Of a DNA stretch of 64,000 nucleotides, positions 38,262-46,584 are shown in pieces. The position numbers were made by a program, and so were the translations under genes. This DNA is from Verrucomicrobiota bacterium (GTDB taxonomy: Bacteria > Verrucomicrobiota > Verrucomicrobiia > Methylacidiphilales > JBCCWR01), in NCBI GenBank assembly GCA_039192515.1, contig JBCCXA010000009.1:925-64924 (forward strand), in the 5' to 3' direction. A model generated the notes under the pieces. That model searched no databases, was not told the DNA's origin, and saw only the letters and a program-made list of their open reading frames with translations. The stretch's first letter is position 1. Every line of letters begins with the position of its first letter.

Positions 38262-38744
38262 GTGAGAAAGAAAAGTGATATAGAGAAAGCTTATCCAAGC
38301 AAAGAAGCACTAGAGATTCCTAGCGAATGGTCTCTCATGATAGTCGAAGACGAAGAAGGGCCCATGGTTCTTAGAATGAACCACGGCTATAAAGACTTAA
38401 TAGGTCATCCAGAATATAACTTTCAGGTTGGGGTAGCAGTGCCTCTCAACAATCCGACAGAGGCCGGATTTCATGAAGAAGAAGAAGGACTAGAGGTAGC
38501 AGTCATTGAAGAACAATTGGTGGAGCTTTTACAAAACGACAAGTTGGCACTTTTTGTTTTTTCCCAGTGCAGTGGGGGAGGTAAAGAATGGGTTTTCTAT
38601 ACAGGTAATCCTGATGAAGTGGAAAAACGTATAGAAGCTGTTCGCAACAGCGTCACCACTCATACCTTACAAAATTTCTCTCAAGAAGATCCTGACTGGG
38701 AAATTTATCAAGAGTTTGGTGGTGGATCTGATCAAGATTTGTGA
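38262..38744 (+). CDS. DUF695-like protein
   Basis: Acidic protein with EWVFYT and FSQEDPDWEIYQEF motifs. GTG start. Confidence 0.6.
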   Translation: MRKKSDIEKAYPSKEALEIPSEWSLMIVEDEEGPMVLRMNHGYKDLIGHPEYNFQVGVAVPLNNPTEAGFHEEEEGLEVAVIEEQLVELLQNDKLALFVFSQCSGGGKEWVFYTGNPDEVEKRIEAVRNSVTTHTLQNFSQEDPDWEIYQEFGGGSDQDL

Positions 38745-38780
38745 GCGCAATGCTTTCCTTTTTAAGTTCTAACCCAGTTA

Positions 38781-38808
38781 TTGACTCATGCTATTAGTTC
38801 GCTATACT
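38781..38808 (+). promoter_or_regulatory. Sigma70-like promoter, probably producing a leaderless mRNA
   Basis: TTGACT-16 nt-TATACT. The ATG at 38815 begins 7 nt after the -10 hexamer, with no Shine-Dalgarno. Confidence 0.55.
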
Positions 38809-38814
38809 TTATTC

Positions 38815-39168
38815 ATGAGTAATCAATCTATTTCCAAAGAGGATCACCAGCACGTGCATGGTAAAGACTGCGGTCACACAGCCATTCAACATGAAGATCA
38901 CGTCGATTATCTTCATGACGGACATTTGCATCATCAGAATGAGGATGGCTCCGTGGAGAGTCACGTGCTACCAGTTACTGAAGTAAATCCTGATTCTTGC
39001 TCTTGTGAGCAGCATGTGAGGCATGATGACGGGCATGTTCATGGTCCGGGTTGTGGTCATGAAGCTGTTCCTCACGGTGATCACATTGACTATATTGTCA
39101 ATGGGCGTCTTCATCATCCTCATGGTGATCATTGTGATGATCATGGGCCTGTTACGGTAGTAAGGTGA
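38815..39168 (+). CDS. Small His/Cys-rich putative metal-binding protein with two internal repeats
   Basis: HVHGKDCGHTAIQHEDHVDYLHDGHLHH and HVHGPGCGHEAVPHGDHIDYIVNGRLHH. Confidence 0.8.
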   Translation: MSNQSISKEDHQHVHGKDCGHTAIQHEDHVDYLHDGHLHHQNEDGSVESHVLPVTEVNPDSCSCEQHVRHDDGHVHGPGCGHEAVPHGDHIDYIVNGRLHHPHGDHCDDHGPVTVVR

Positions 39169-39351
39169 TCTATTTTCTGACTCAATGAGCAATAGCATAG
39201 AAAGCCTTTCAAGCTATTGCTCATTTGTAAGAAACGATATATGGACGCTCTGAGATACTTATGTTTCTCCCAATTCCTGAGCATGAGTTACGGAACATTT
39301 GGATTGCTCTCGTCTTAGCAGCATTCAAATCTTTCTTTCTAAGAATACAAA

Positions 39352-40491
39352 ATGCGTCGCTCAAAGTTAGTTATTAACTGTGCCCCTACTATCACCCCAA
39401 TACTCAAAAAAGAGGTAGAGTCTTTAGGTTACGAAAACATAAGGATCGAAAGAAGTGGCGTAACTTTAGAAGGTGGCTGGAAGGAGGTTATTCACCTCAA
39501 TATTCATTTAAGGACAGCGTCTCGCGTGCTTTGGCAGATTAAGTCTTTCGAGGCAAAGACTCCTGATAGGTTATATCAAGAAGCAAAAAAAATACCTTGG
39601 CACAAATTGATTCCCAAGAATGGGTATCTTTCTATCCAGTCATTTGTAAAGAACGATTCTATACGAGATACCCGTTTCGCCAATTTAAAACTAAAAGATG
39701 CCGTTGTGGATCAAATGTTGGAGCAAAATGGGATCAGACCTAATTCTGGAAAAGAGTGTGATCAAACGGTACTGTTTCTCTTTTGGCATGGGAGCCTTGT
39801 GCATATTTACTTTGATACGTCAGGGCAAACAATAGCCAAACATAATTATCGAAAAATACCCTTCAAAGCACCGATAGCTGAGTCTTTGGCTTCAGCTTGT
39901 CTTTATTCCGCTGGTTGGAGCGATGCCAAGGGATCTTTTGTTAATCCTATGTGTGGCAGTGGCACGTTAGCCATAGAAGCGGCTTTAATAGCTGCTGGTC
40001 GTCCACCAGGTCTGCTACGTGATAATTATGGTTTTATGCACATTCAGGGGTATGAGGAAGCGAATTGGAAAAATGCTTTGTCAAAAATTGAAGCAAAGGA
40101 TGAGATCGATTCACCGATTATCGCTACAGATATTGACGGAAAGGCTATAGAGTCGGCGCAAGAGAATGCCAAGATGGCAGGAGTGGAAAAGATGATTGAA
40201 TTTGACCAGGTTCCCTATGAAAAAACGTCTGTACCCAATGGCCCCGGTATTGTGATGTTGAATCCTGAATACGGAGAGAGATTGGGTAATGAAAAAGAAT
40301 TAGGAGAAGTTTATGCGGGAATTGGTAATTTTTTTAAAAAGTTCTGCCAAGCTAAAACAGGGTATGTTTTCACTGGGAATTCTAAGCTGGCAAAGAAAAT
40401 TGGTCTGAAAGCAAAAAGCCGCACGACTTTTAACCATGCAAAAATTGATTGTAAACTTTTAGCTTATGATCTCTATGCGGGTTCTAGGTAA
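39352..40491 (+). CDS. THUMP-domain class I SAM RNA methyltransferase (RlmL N-terminal type)
   Basis: LRTASRVL, DTSGQTIAKHNYR, APIAESLA, VNPMCGSGTLAIEAA, IIATDID, NPEYGERLG. Confidence 0.85.
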   Translation: MRRSKLVINCAPTITPILKKEVESLGYENIRIERSGVTLEGGWKEVIHLNIHLRTASRVLWQIKSFEAKTPDRLYQEAKKIPWHKLIPKNGYLSIQSFVKNDSIRDTRFANLKLKDAVVDQMLEQNGIRPNSGKECDQTVLFLFWHGSLVHIYFDTSGQTIAKHNYRKIPFKAPIAESLASACLYSAGWSDAKGSFVNPMCGSGTLAIEAALIAAGRPPGLLRDNYGFMHIQGYEEANWKNALSKIEAKDEIDSPIIATDIDGKAIESAQENAKMAGVEKMIEFDQVPYEKTSVPNGPGIVMLNPEYGERLGNEKELGEVYAGIGNFFKKFCQAKTGYVFTGNSKLAKKIGLKAKSRTTFNHAKIDCKLLAYDLYAGSR

Positions 40492-40493
40492 GA

Positions 40494-41153
40494 TTAAATC
40501 CGCTTGGTGTCATAGCTTGTGAATGTTAGTTGATGTTCCTTCGCCCAAAGGATTAAATTTTCTACGGCATCTGGTAGCCAAGATTTGTCAATAGAGACAC
40601 TGTGACAGTTTTCATGCAACACTATGGCGCCGCCTTTGTTTTTTAGAAGTCTCTTTTTGATTTGATCCATTTTCTGTTTGCCAGATGCCGGGTCGGACCA
40701 AGCTTCGCTGATAAAGAAAGTTAGGTAGGCAGTGTCTAAAGATAACTCTTTTAATAAGTGTTTCACTGCCGGAGTGACTATTCCCCATGGAGGGCGGAAA
40801 AGTTTTGGAGACTTGTTATGAGCTTTCGTTATTGTTTTAAATAATTTCTGTGTTTTATCTGTTTCGTGTAAGAGGCGTTTTTTAGACAGAAGGGGCCAGG
40901 GAGTATGCGAATAGGTGTGATAAGCAACGGAATGGTTTTCATCGATAGCTCTTTTAACAATCGCAGGATGTTTTTTTATATTTCTTCCAATGTAGCAGAA
41001 AGTTGCAGGTATCTGGTGGCTTTTAAGCACATCGAGCAGTTGATTCGATATGCTTATATTTGGATTTGGACCATCATCAAAAGTCAAAATGATTTTGCCT
41101 TCTCCAGCTGGCCAATGCTTTGGTTCTAAAATGGTTGAAAGCATGCAGCTCAA
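40494..41153 (-). CDS. Polysaccharide deacetylase (NodB/CE4)
   Basis: LTFDDGP, HTYSH, LFRPPWG, IVLHE. Confidence 0.88.
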   Translation of the reverse strand: MSCMLSTILEPKHWPAGEGKIILTFDDGPNPNISISNQLLDVLKSHQIPATFCYIGRNIKKHPAIVKRAIDENHSVAYHTYSHTPWPLLSKKRLLHETDKTQKLFKTITKAHNKSPKLFRPPWGIVTPAVKHLLKELSLDTAYLTFFISEAWSDPASGKQKMDQIKKRLLKNKGGAIVLHENCHSVSIDKSWLPDAVENLILWAKEHQLTFTSYDTKRI

Positions 41154-41194
41154 TTAAAAGGCGTGGAATTCATTTTGTAAACAGCTGCGTTTTT

Positions 41195-42592
41195 CTAAAC
41201 CCTGTAAGTAAGATCCTTGTAAGTAGTGAGTGGCCACTGCTCTGGTGATTGGCAAATATCTTGTAGTAAAATGAGTAGCCAAGAGCAATCTTGGTATTGA
41301 TGCATGCCAGTTTTAATGAGCTTTAGAAGTTTATTTGTCTCTTTGTTTATAATTGTACTTTTACAAGAGCAGAGCCAAGCCAGTAGGCCTTTAGCATCTA
41401 GGCTAAATTCGTTAAGCTCTGCCTTGTCTTTAGCAATCTTGGAGTTAGATAAAAGCCATTCAATTTGGTGGCTATTGTCAAGGGGTAGGATAGAAAGCTG
41501 CTCACCTTTTCTTTCTTTTGCAAATAAAAGAACAGAGAGAGATATTGGATCCCAGTCATTGAGATCTGTTTGTTTTGAGGTGTTTTGTTCCAGGAAAAAA
41601 TGAGCGAGCCATAACCATGACGTAGCGAATGCTTGGTATAACTCAGGCTGGCAATAAACGCCAACCTCAATGGTATTTTCAAGATCCTTTAGCACCTGCT
41701 TGGAAAATCTTTTGAGCTCGATCCAGTTTTCTTGTTTCATGTAATACTGGCAAAGGTAAAAGGATGCTGAGATGTAGTGAGGGTAAGCCTTAAGGATTTC
41801 TTGTGCGCTACGAAGTCCCATCTCGTATTTATTCTGTTGTGAAAAATAAACTAAAAAATTTCCAAAATCTTGTCTCCAGTAATTATTTAACAGGCGCTCT
41901 TCAGTGGAGTAAGTTTGGTTAATGAGCTGGAAACGTTGTTCAAACTCTTTGTTTTCACCAGTGATAAGGAGATAAGACATAAGCTGGCAAAGGCGAGACA
42001 AATCAGGCTTATCTCCTTTGACAAGAGGTCGTAGACGCTTGAGCATTCGTTCCCCTTTTTCTTGGCGCAATTTGGCGTCCCACATGTATCCATAGTGAAT
42101 CATCTTTCCATTTAAATGGACCATGCCTTGTCTTTGGTTTAGCTGTGGGTGAACCTCTCCTTCAAATCGTAAATCATCAAAACGCCGGAAAACTCGTGTC
42201 GTTCGCACAGTGTTAGATGTGCCTTGTGGCATCTTGTTCTCTTCTAGAAATGTTATGGCATTAATACTGTTGTCTTGGTTTATATTACGAAGTTTGTTAA
42301 TCAACTCTACTTGTAGCCCGGAGGAAAGTTCCTGGTCAGCATCCAAAACCAAAACCCAGCTCCCGGTGGCGATTTTGAGAGACTCATTACGTGCGGCAGC
42401 CTCATCTCCATTCCAGGCAAAGAAACCCGTTTTAGCCTGATAACTCTCAGCAATTTCTAGTGTTTTATCAGTGGAGCCTGTGTCGATAATCACGATCTCC
42501 TGCGCAATTTCTTTGACGCTATCCAAGCAGCGAGGAAGATTCTTTTCCTCATCTTTAACGATCATAACAACACTAAGCAATAGATTTGACAT
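41195..42592 (-). CDS. GT2 glycosyltransferase with helical (TPR-like) C-terminus
   Basis: LSVVMIVKDEEKNLPRCLDSV, DTGSTD, AARNESL, LVLDADQ, FEGEVHPQL, HYGY. Start placed at ATG 42592. Confidence 0.88.
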   Translation of the reverse strand: MSNLLLSVVMIVKDEEKNLPRCLDSVKEIAQEIVIIDTGSTDKTLEIAESYQAKTGFFAWNGDEAAARNESLKIATGSWVLVLDADQELSSGLQVELINKLRNINQDNSINAITFLEENKMPQGTSNTVRTTRVFRRFDDLRFEGEVHPQLNQRQGMVHLNGKMIHYGYMWDAKLRQEKGERMLKRLRPLVKGDKPDLSRLCQLMSYLLITGENKEFEQRFQLINQTYSTEERLLNNYWRQDFGNFLVYFSQQNKYEMGLRSAQEILKAYPHYISASFYLCQYYMKQENWIELKRFSKQVLKDLENTIEVGVYCQPELYQAFATSWLWLAHFFLEQNTSKQTDLNDWDPISLSVLLFAKERKGEQLSILPLDNSHQIEWLLSNSKIAKDKAELNEFSLDAKGLLAWLCSCKSTIINKETNKLLKLIKTGMHQYQDCSWLLILLQDICQSPEQWPLTTYKDLTYRV

Positions 42593-42630
42593 AGTATTTT
42601 GAGCGCTGTGTCGCTCTACCAAGATGGTGC

Positions 42631-44544
42631 TTAACTAGAAGAAATAAAGATGTTATATCTTTCCAGTAAAGTGCCAGCAGTCTCAAAGAGTCTGATATAG
42701 GCCTTGTTGAGATCAACAGTTGCTGCTAGCTCCCGAACTTTAGCTTTATGAAGATCACGTCTAAACTTAAAAAGAGTATTTTCAGTGGTGAGACCTTTTT
42801 CAAGGCGTATTTCTTCCTCTTCATAGGAACGTTGAGCATTGGCATGAAAGAGTTGCATGGCCTCAAGGCGTTCTCGGTTAGATTCTATGATGGCAATAAG
42901 TTGTTGAAAGGCCAATGAGGTTTGTAGTTCGAGATTTTTTAGTTCTAGTATACTTTGTCTCTTTCGGTGTTGTGCTTCGTGCTTGCGACCAATGGCTTCG
43001 TCATTGCCGAGGGGAATGGAGAAGACCGCTCCGACGGACCATTCGGAGCCTTGACCTCCGAAAGATCGCGTGTAGCTACCCCCAATGCTAGGAGACAAGC
43101 CATTTATTCCGTAGGTGCCTTTAAGATCGAGTTGAGGCCAGACCTGGTTCTCGGCAAAAACGAGTCTGATATCTTCTCGCTCAACTTTTCGTTTAGCGAT
43201 TTTATATGCGGGGCTCGAGCTGAAGGCCTCGGCAACCAGATTGTTATAATCTAGATCAATATGGGGGATGATAAGCTTAGTTGTTGGAATAAAGACTGAA
43301 GTTCTATTAGGTGTGGGGTGGTTAGTCGTGAGAATTTGAAGTTCGGTCTGTTTGGCAAAGACTTCATTACGAGCTAGGACTAGTTCTTCAATGACTTCGG
43401 CAAGAGTTGCTTCTGCTTTATTGAGGTCGCCGGGGGAAACAAGCCCTTTTTCGAGTAGTTCCCTTTTTTCTTTGGCTAACTCAGAGGCTAGATCTTGCTC
43501 AAGCTCCTTGAGCTTTAAATTTCTCACGTGATACATGAGATCAAAGTAGGCTTTTAAGGTTTCGCTAACTGTTTCGAGCATAGCTGCTTCTAGCTCGAGC
43601 CTAGAGATCAATTTGTTTTTTCTAGCAACACGGATTTCTGCGAGGTTTACATCTGTTCCAAAATTACGGAGTAGCGGCTGGGTAAGTGTCATCCCGGTAA
43701 AGGTGCTATATTCTGGGCTAAATAAAGAAAGAGCGCTTTGCTGGGGACCTGACTCAATCAAGGTATTTCTTAGAATGTCTTGTTTAGTAAAGAGATCATA
43801 TTCAGTGCCCGTAGGGAGTTTGCCCTCTAACGATAGTTCATAGCTCCAGTTTTCTTCAGTGAAAATACGAGGATCGCTACTTAGAATAACTGCATTACCA
43901 CCACTACTAATAAATTCCTCGGTATTTTGAGGAGTACGTATCTTTTCATACTGTCCTTCAAAGGAGAGCTCGGGGTTAAATCCCCCAATCTGTTGTCGAA
44001 GAACATCTTGGGCGATGGAGATATCCAGTTTCTTCACTTCAACATCTAAGTTTTTTGTTAGAGATGAAGAAATAGCAGATGGCAAGTCCAGTGTAATTTC
44101 TGGCAGAGCTTCTAAAGTTGGGATTTTGTATTCATCTTCCGAGGAACTAGATGAGCCGTAGTATGTCGGCAAAGAATTCGGAGGCACGGAATCTGACTCT
44201 GGGATATCAGGTGGTGAGCCTGTAGGGGATTCGTTCAGTTCGGTTGTTTCTGTGGTTAGAGTTGGCTCTGTATTAGAACTGACAGCATCCAGGCCATCCG
44301 GCTCAAAAGGGTCGTCGTCCGAGCTAGTAGTGGTCGTTGTTGTTGAACTACTGGTGCTAGCAATCAAGCTTCCTGCAAGAAGCGCATGTTTCTTGGCTAG
44401 TGGAGACTCGAGTTTAGCAACCTGAGTAGAAGAGGATTTAGAGCAACCGACAACAACAACAGCAAAAATGAAGCTAGAGAGCAAAACATATATGCTCGTT
44501 ATCTTTAGTTTATTTTTATTTCCAAGCATGACATTTTTTAACAA
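42631..44544 (-). CDS. TolC-family outer membrane channel with long Ser/Thr/Pro-rich N-terminal extension
   Basis: TLTQPLLRNFG, AENQVWPQLDL, WSVGAVFSIPLG and heptad helices. Lipobox-like VVVVGC followed by a low-complexity linker. Confidence 0.88.
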   Translation of the reverse strand: MLKNVMLGNKNKLKITSIYVLLSSFIFAVVVVGCSKSSSTQVAKLESPLAKKHALLAGSLIASTSSSTTTTTTSSDDDPFEPDGLDAVSSNTEPTLTTETTELNESPTGSPPDIPESDSVPPNSLPTYYGSSSSSEDEYKIPTLEALPEITLDLPSAISSSLTKNLDVEVKKLDISIAQDVLRQQIGGFNPELSFEGQYEKIRTPQNTEEFISSGGNAVILSSDPRIFTEENWSYELSLEGKLPTGTEYDLFTKQDILRNTLIESGPQQSALSLFSPEYSTFTGMTLTQPLLRNFGTDVNLAEIRVARKNKLISRLELEAAMLETVSETLKAYFDLMYHVRNLKLKELEQDLASELAKEKRELLEKGLVSPGDLNKAEATLAEVIEELVLARNEVFAKQTELQILTTNHPTPNRTSVFIPTTKLIIPHIDLDYNNLVAEAFSSSPAYKIAKRKVEREDIRLVFAENQVWPQLDLKGTYGINGLSPSIGGSYTRSFGGQGSEWSVGAVFSIPLGNDEAIGRKHEAQHRKRQSILELKNLELQTSLAFQQLIAIIESNRERLEAMQLFHANAQRSYEEEEIRLEKGLTTENTLFKFRRDLHKAKVRELAATVDLNKAYIRLFETAGTLLERYNIFISSS

Positions 44545-44596
44545 CCCGCGAAAGTCTTTCAGATTCGCAAAGGCTTGTCAACTTTTGCTGGTTAAC

Positions 44597-46573
44597 CTAG
44601 ACCGCAGAAGATTTCCCGGAAAAGGATAGGTTTTCGTCTAACCAGGTGTCATGTTTCAGAACACGCTTTCTTGTCTTAAAAGCCATGCTTGAGGCCATCC
44701 ACTGAGCCCATGCGAATAAATGAATAATCCAACTGGGCAAAGGTTTAGGTAAGGTTCCACCCACAGCTTTTAAGAGAGAAAGTGGTAAAAACCGTAGGGT
44801 TAATTCGTCGTTAATAGATACAATAAACCGGGCGCTCCCAGGATCTCCTTGTCGGCCTGATCTACCAATGAGTTGTCTATCAATGCGAGATGACTCATGG
44901 ATCTCAGTAGCAATGACGTGAAGTCCTCCTAATTCTCTCACTCCGTGTCCGAGCTTTATATCTGTGCCACGTCCAGCCATGTTTGTGGCAATGGTTATCC
45001 GGCCAAGTTGTCCGGCTTTAGAGATAATTTGAGCTTCGTCTTCCTGCCGGAGGGCATTGAGGATTTCGAATTGTAACCCCATCTTACTGAGATGTTTGGC
45101 CACCAACTCGCTGCTTTGAACAGACCGTGTGCCGATTAGGAGGGGGCGATCCTTTTGATGCAATTTTTTTGCCTCGCAAGCAACAGCTTTCCATTTGTCG
45201 TTCTGAGAGGCAAAAATTTGGTCAGGGTATCTTTTGCGTAATGCAGGGCGGTGTGTAGGAATTTTTAGGACTGCTAGATGGTAGATTTGCCAGAGTTCTT
45301 CCTTGGATTCATATGCGGTTCCAGATAGACCCGAGAGGTTTGGATAACAACGAAAAAATCTTTGAAAGCTCATAGAAGCTATAGATTCATTAGGAGGTGT
45401 GATTTCTACGTTTTCTTTAGCTTCCACCGCTTGGTGCAATCCTTGTTGCCACGTGCGATGCTCCATAATCCGACCAGTGAATTCATCTATGAGTTCTATT
45501 TTTCCCTCGTTTATGGCATAATGAACATCTTTTAGATAAAATTCTCTTGCAATTAAAGCGGTACGAATGAGGTCGTGGAAGCGCTCCCTGTTTCGCCAAG
45601 CAGCAGGGAGAATCGAAGCTTTGCTAAAGAGTCGATCATTAATTTGAGATACGATACTGATTTCTCGGAACTTGAAATCAACCTGATAGTCTTGACCACG
45701 TTTTAGGGGTGCAATCAGCTTTTTAGCGTGAATACTGGCTGATTCGAGATCTTTATTCCTGACGCGTTGTGAAATAATAAGTGGTGTCACGGCTTCGTCA
45801 ATGAGGACGCTATCTGCTTCATCCACAATGGCAAAATGTAAACCACGCATGACTACACTTTGATGGCGGTTTTGTCTTTTTGCCAGATTACGAATCAGGC
45901 GGCGAGTGGGGTCATAGGGAGTACTTAAGGCTATACGATCTCTTAAAAAATCAGCTAAAGCTTCTTTTGGTGTAGTGTAGGTGATATGTGCTGCATAGGA
46001 TTTCTCGCGCTCATTAGCAGGCATGTGACCAGTGACGGATCCAACCGATAAGCCGAAAAAACGGAATAAAGCCTCCATCTCTTGACTGTCGCGTGAGGCT
46101 AAGTAATCGTTGGCTGTAATGACATGGCAAGGTCTACCTGTGCTTCCCATGAGAGTAGCAGCTAGTGCGACAGTAAGTGTTTTCCCCTCTCCGGTGGCCA
46201 TTTCAGCTAAATATCCATGGAATAGGCTGGCCGCACTAGCAAGTTGAACCGGGTAAGGACTTAGTTGTAGTGCTCGCTTTGCTCCGAGAACTAGCATAGC
46301 AAGACCTTCTGCTACGGCTTTATCTGTGGCAGGGAATTTGAGGAAATGAAGGCGCAGGTTTTTTAAACGGGATACAACCTCTTTGTCTGTAATGGACTCA
46401 TTTCGCTCAGCTATATGCTGAGCTTTCTTAGCTAATTCTAAAAAGTATTTTAGTGAACTTTTGCGGCGCTTGTATTTACCATGGAGTGAAAAAATAAAGG
46501 CATCAAGGCCTTGATAGCTTTTGCATTTTTCACTTGCTTTGAGCCGCCAATAATCTAACTGGAAATTTGACAT
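44597..46573 (-). CDS. Truncated SecA-like DEAD ATPase (NBD1-PPXD-NBD2 only)
   Basis: EMATGEGKT, TANDYLASRD, IVDEADSVLIDEA, GLHQAVEAKE, ATNMAGRGTDI and RIDRQLIGRSGRQGDPG. The protein ends about 70 aa after NBD2, so it lacks the wing domain and two-helix finger. Confidence 0.88.
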   Translation of the reverse strand: MSNFQLDYWRLKASEKCKSYQGLDAFIFSLHGKYKRRKSSLKYFLELAKKAQHIAERNESITDKEVVSRLKNLRLHFLKFPATDKAVAEGLAMLVLGAKRALQLSPYPVQLASAASLFHGYLAEMATGEGKTLTVALAATLMGSTGRPCHVITANDYLASRDSQEMEALFRFFGLSVGSVTGHMPANEREKSYAAHITYTTPKEALADFLRDRIALSTPYDPTRRLIRNLAKRQNRHQSVVMRGLHFAIVDEADSVLIDEAVTPLIISQRVRNKDLESASIHAKKLIAPLKRGQDYQVDFKFREISIVSQINDRLFSKASILPAAWRNRERFHDLIRTALIAREFYLKDVHYAINEGKIELIDEFTGRIMEHRTWQQGLHQAVEAKENVEITPPNESIASMSFQRFFRCYPNLSGLSGTAYESKEELWQIYHLAVLKIPTHRPALRKRYPDQIFASQNDKWKAVACEAKKLHQKDRPLLIGTRSVQSSELVAKHLSKMGLQFEILNALRQEDEAQIISKAGQLGRITIATNMAGRGTDIKLGHGVRELGGLHVIATEIHESSRIDRQLIGRSGRQGDPGSARFIVSINDELTLRFLPLSLLKAVGGTLPKPLPSWIIHLFAWAQWMASSMAFKTRKRVLKHDTWLDENLSFSGKSSAV

Positions 46574-46584
46574 CGGAAGGGTAG

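Noticed and set aside
40255-40280. NPEYG instead of NPPYG in the RNA methyltransferase
   Set aside because: A single substitution in an otherwise ordinary housekeeping-type enzyme; not enough to infer new function.
44597-46573. Calling this the housekeeping secA or a pseudogene
   Set aside because: It is too short for housekeeping SecA, yet all catalytic motifs are intact and no frameshifted C-terminal remnant fits in the 52 bp before tolC.
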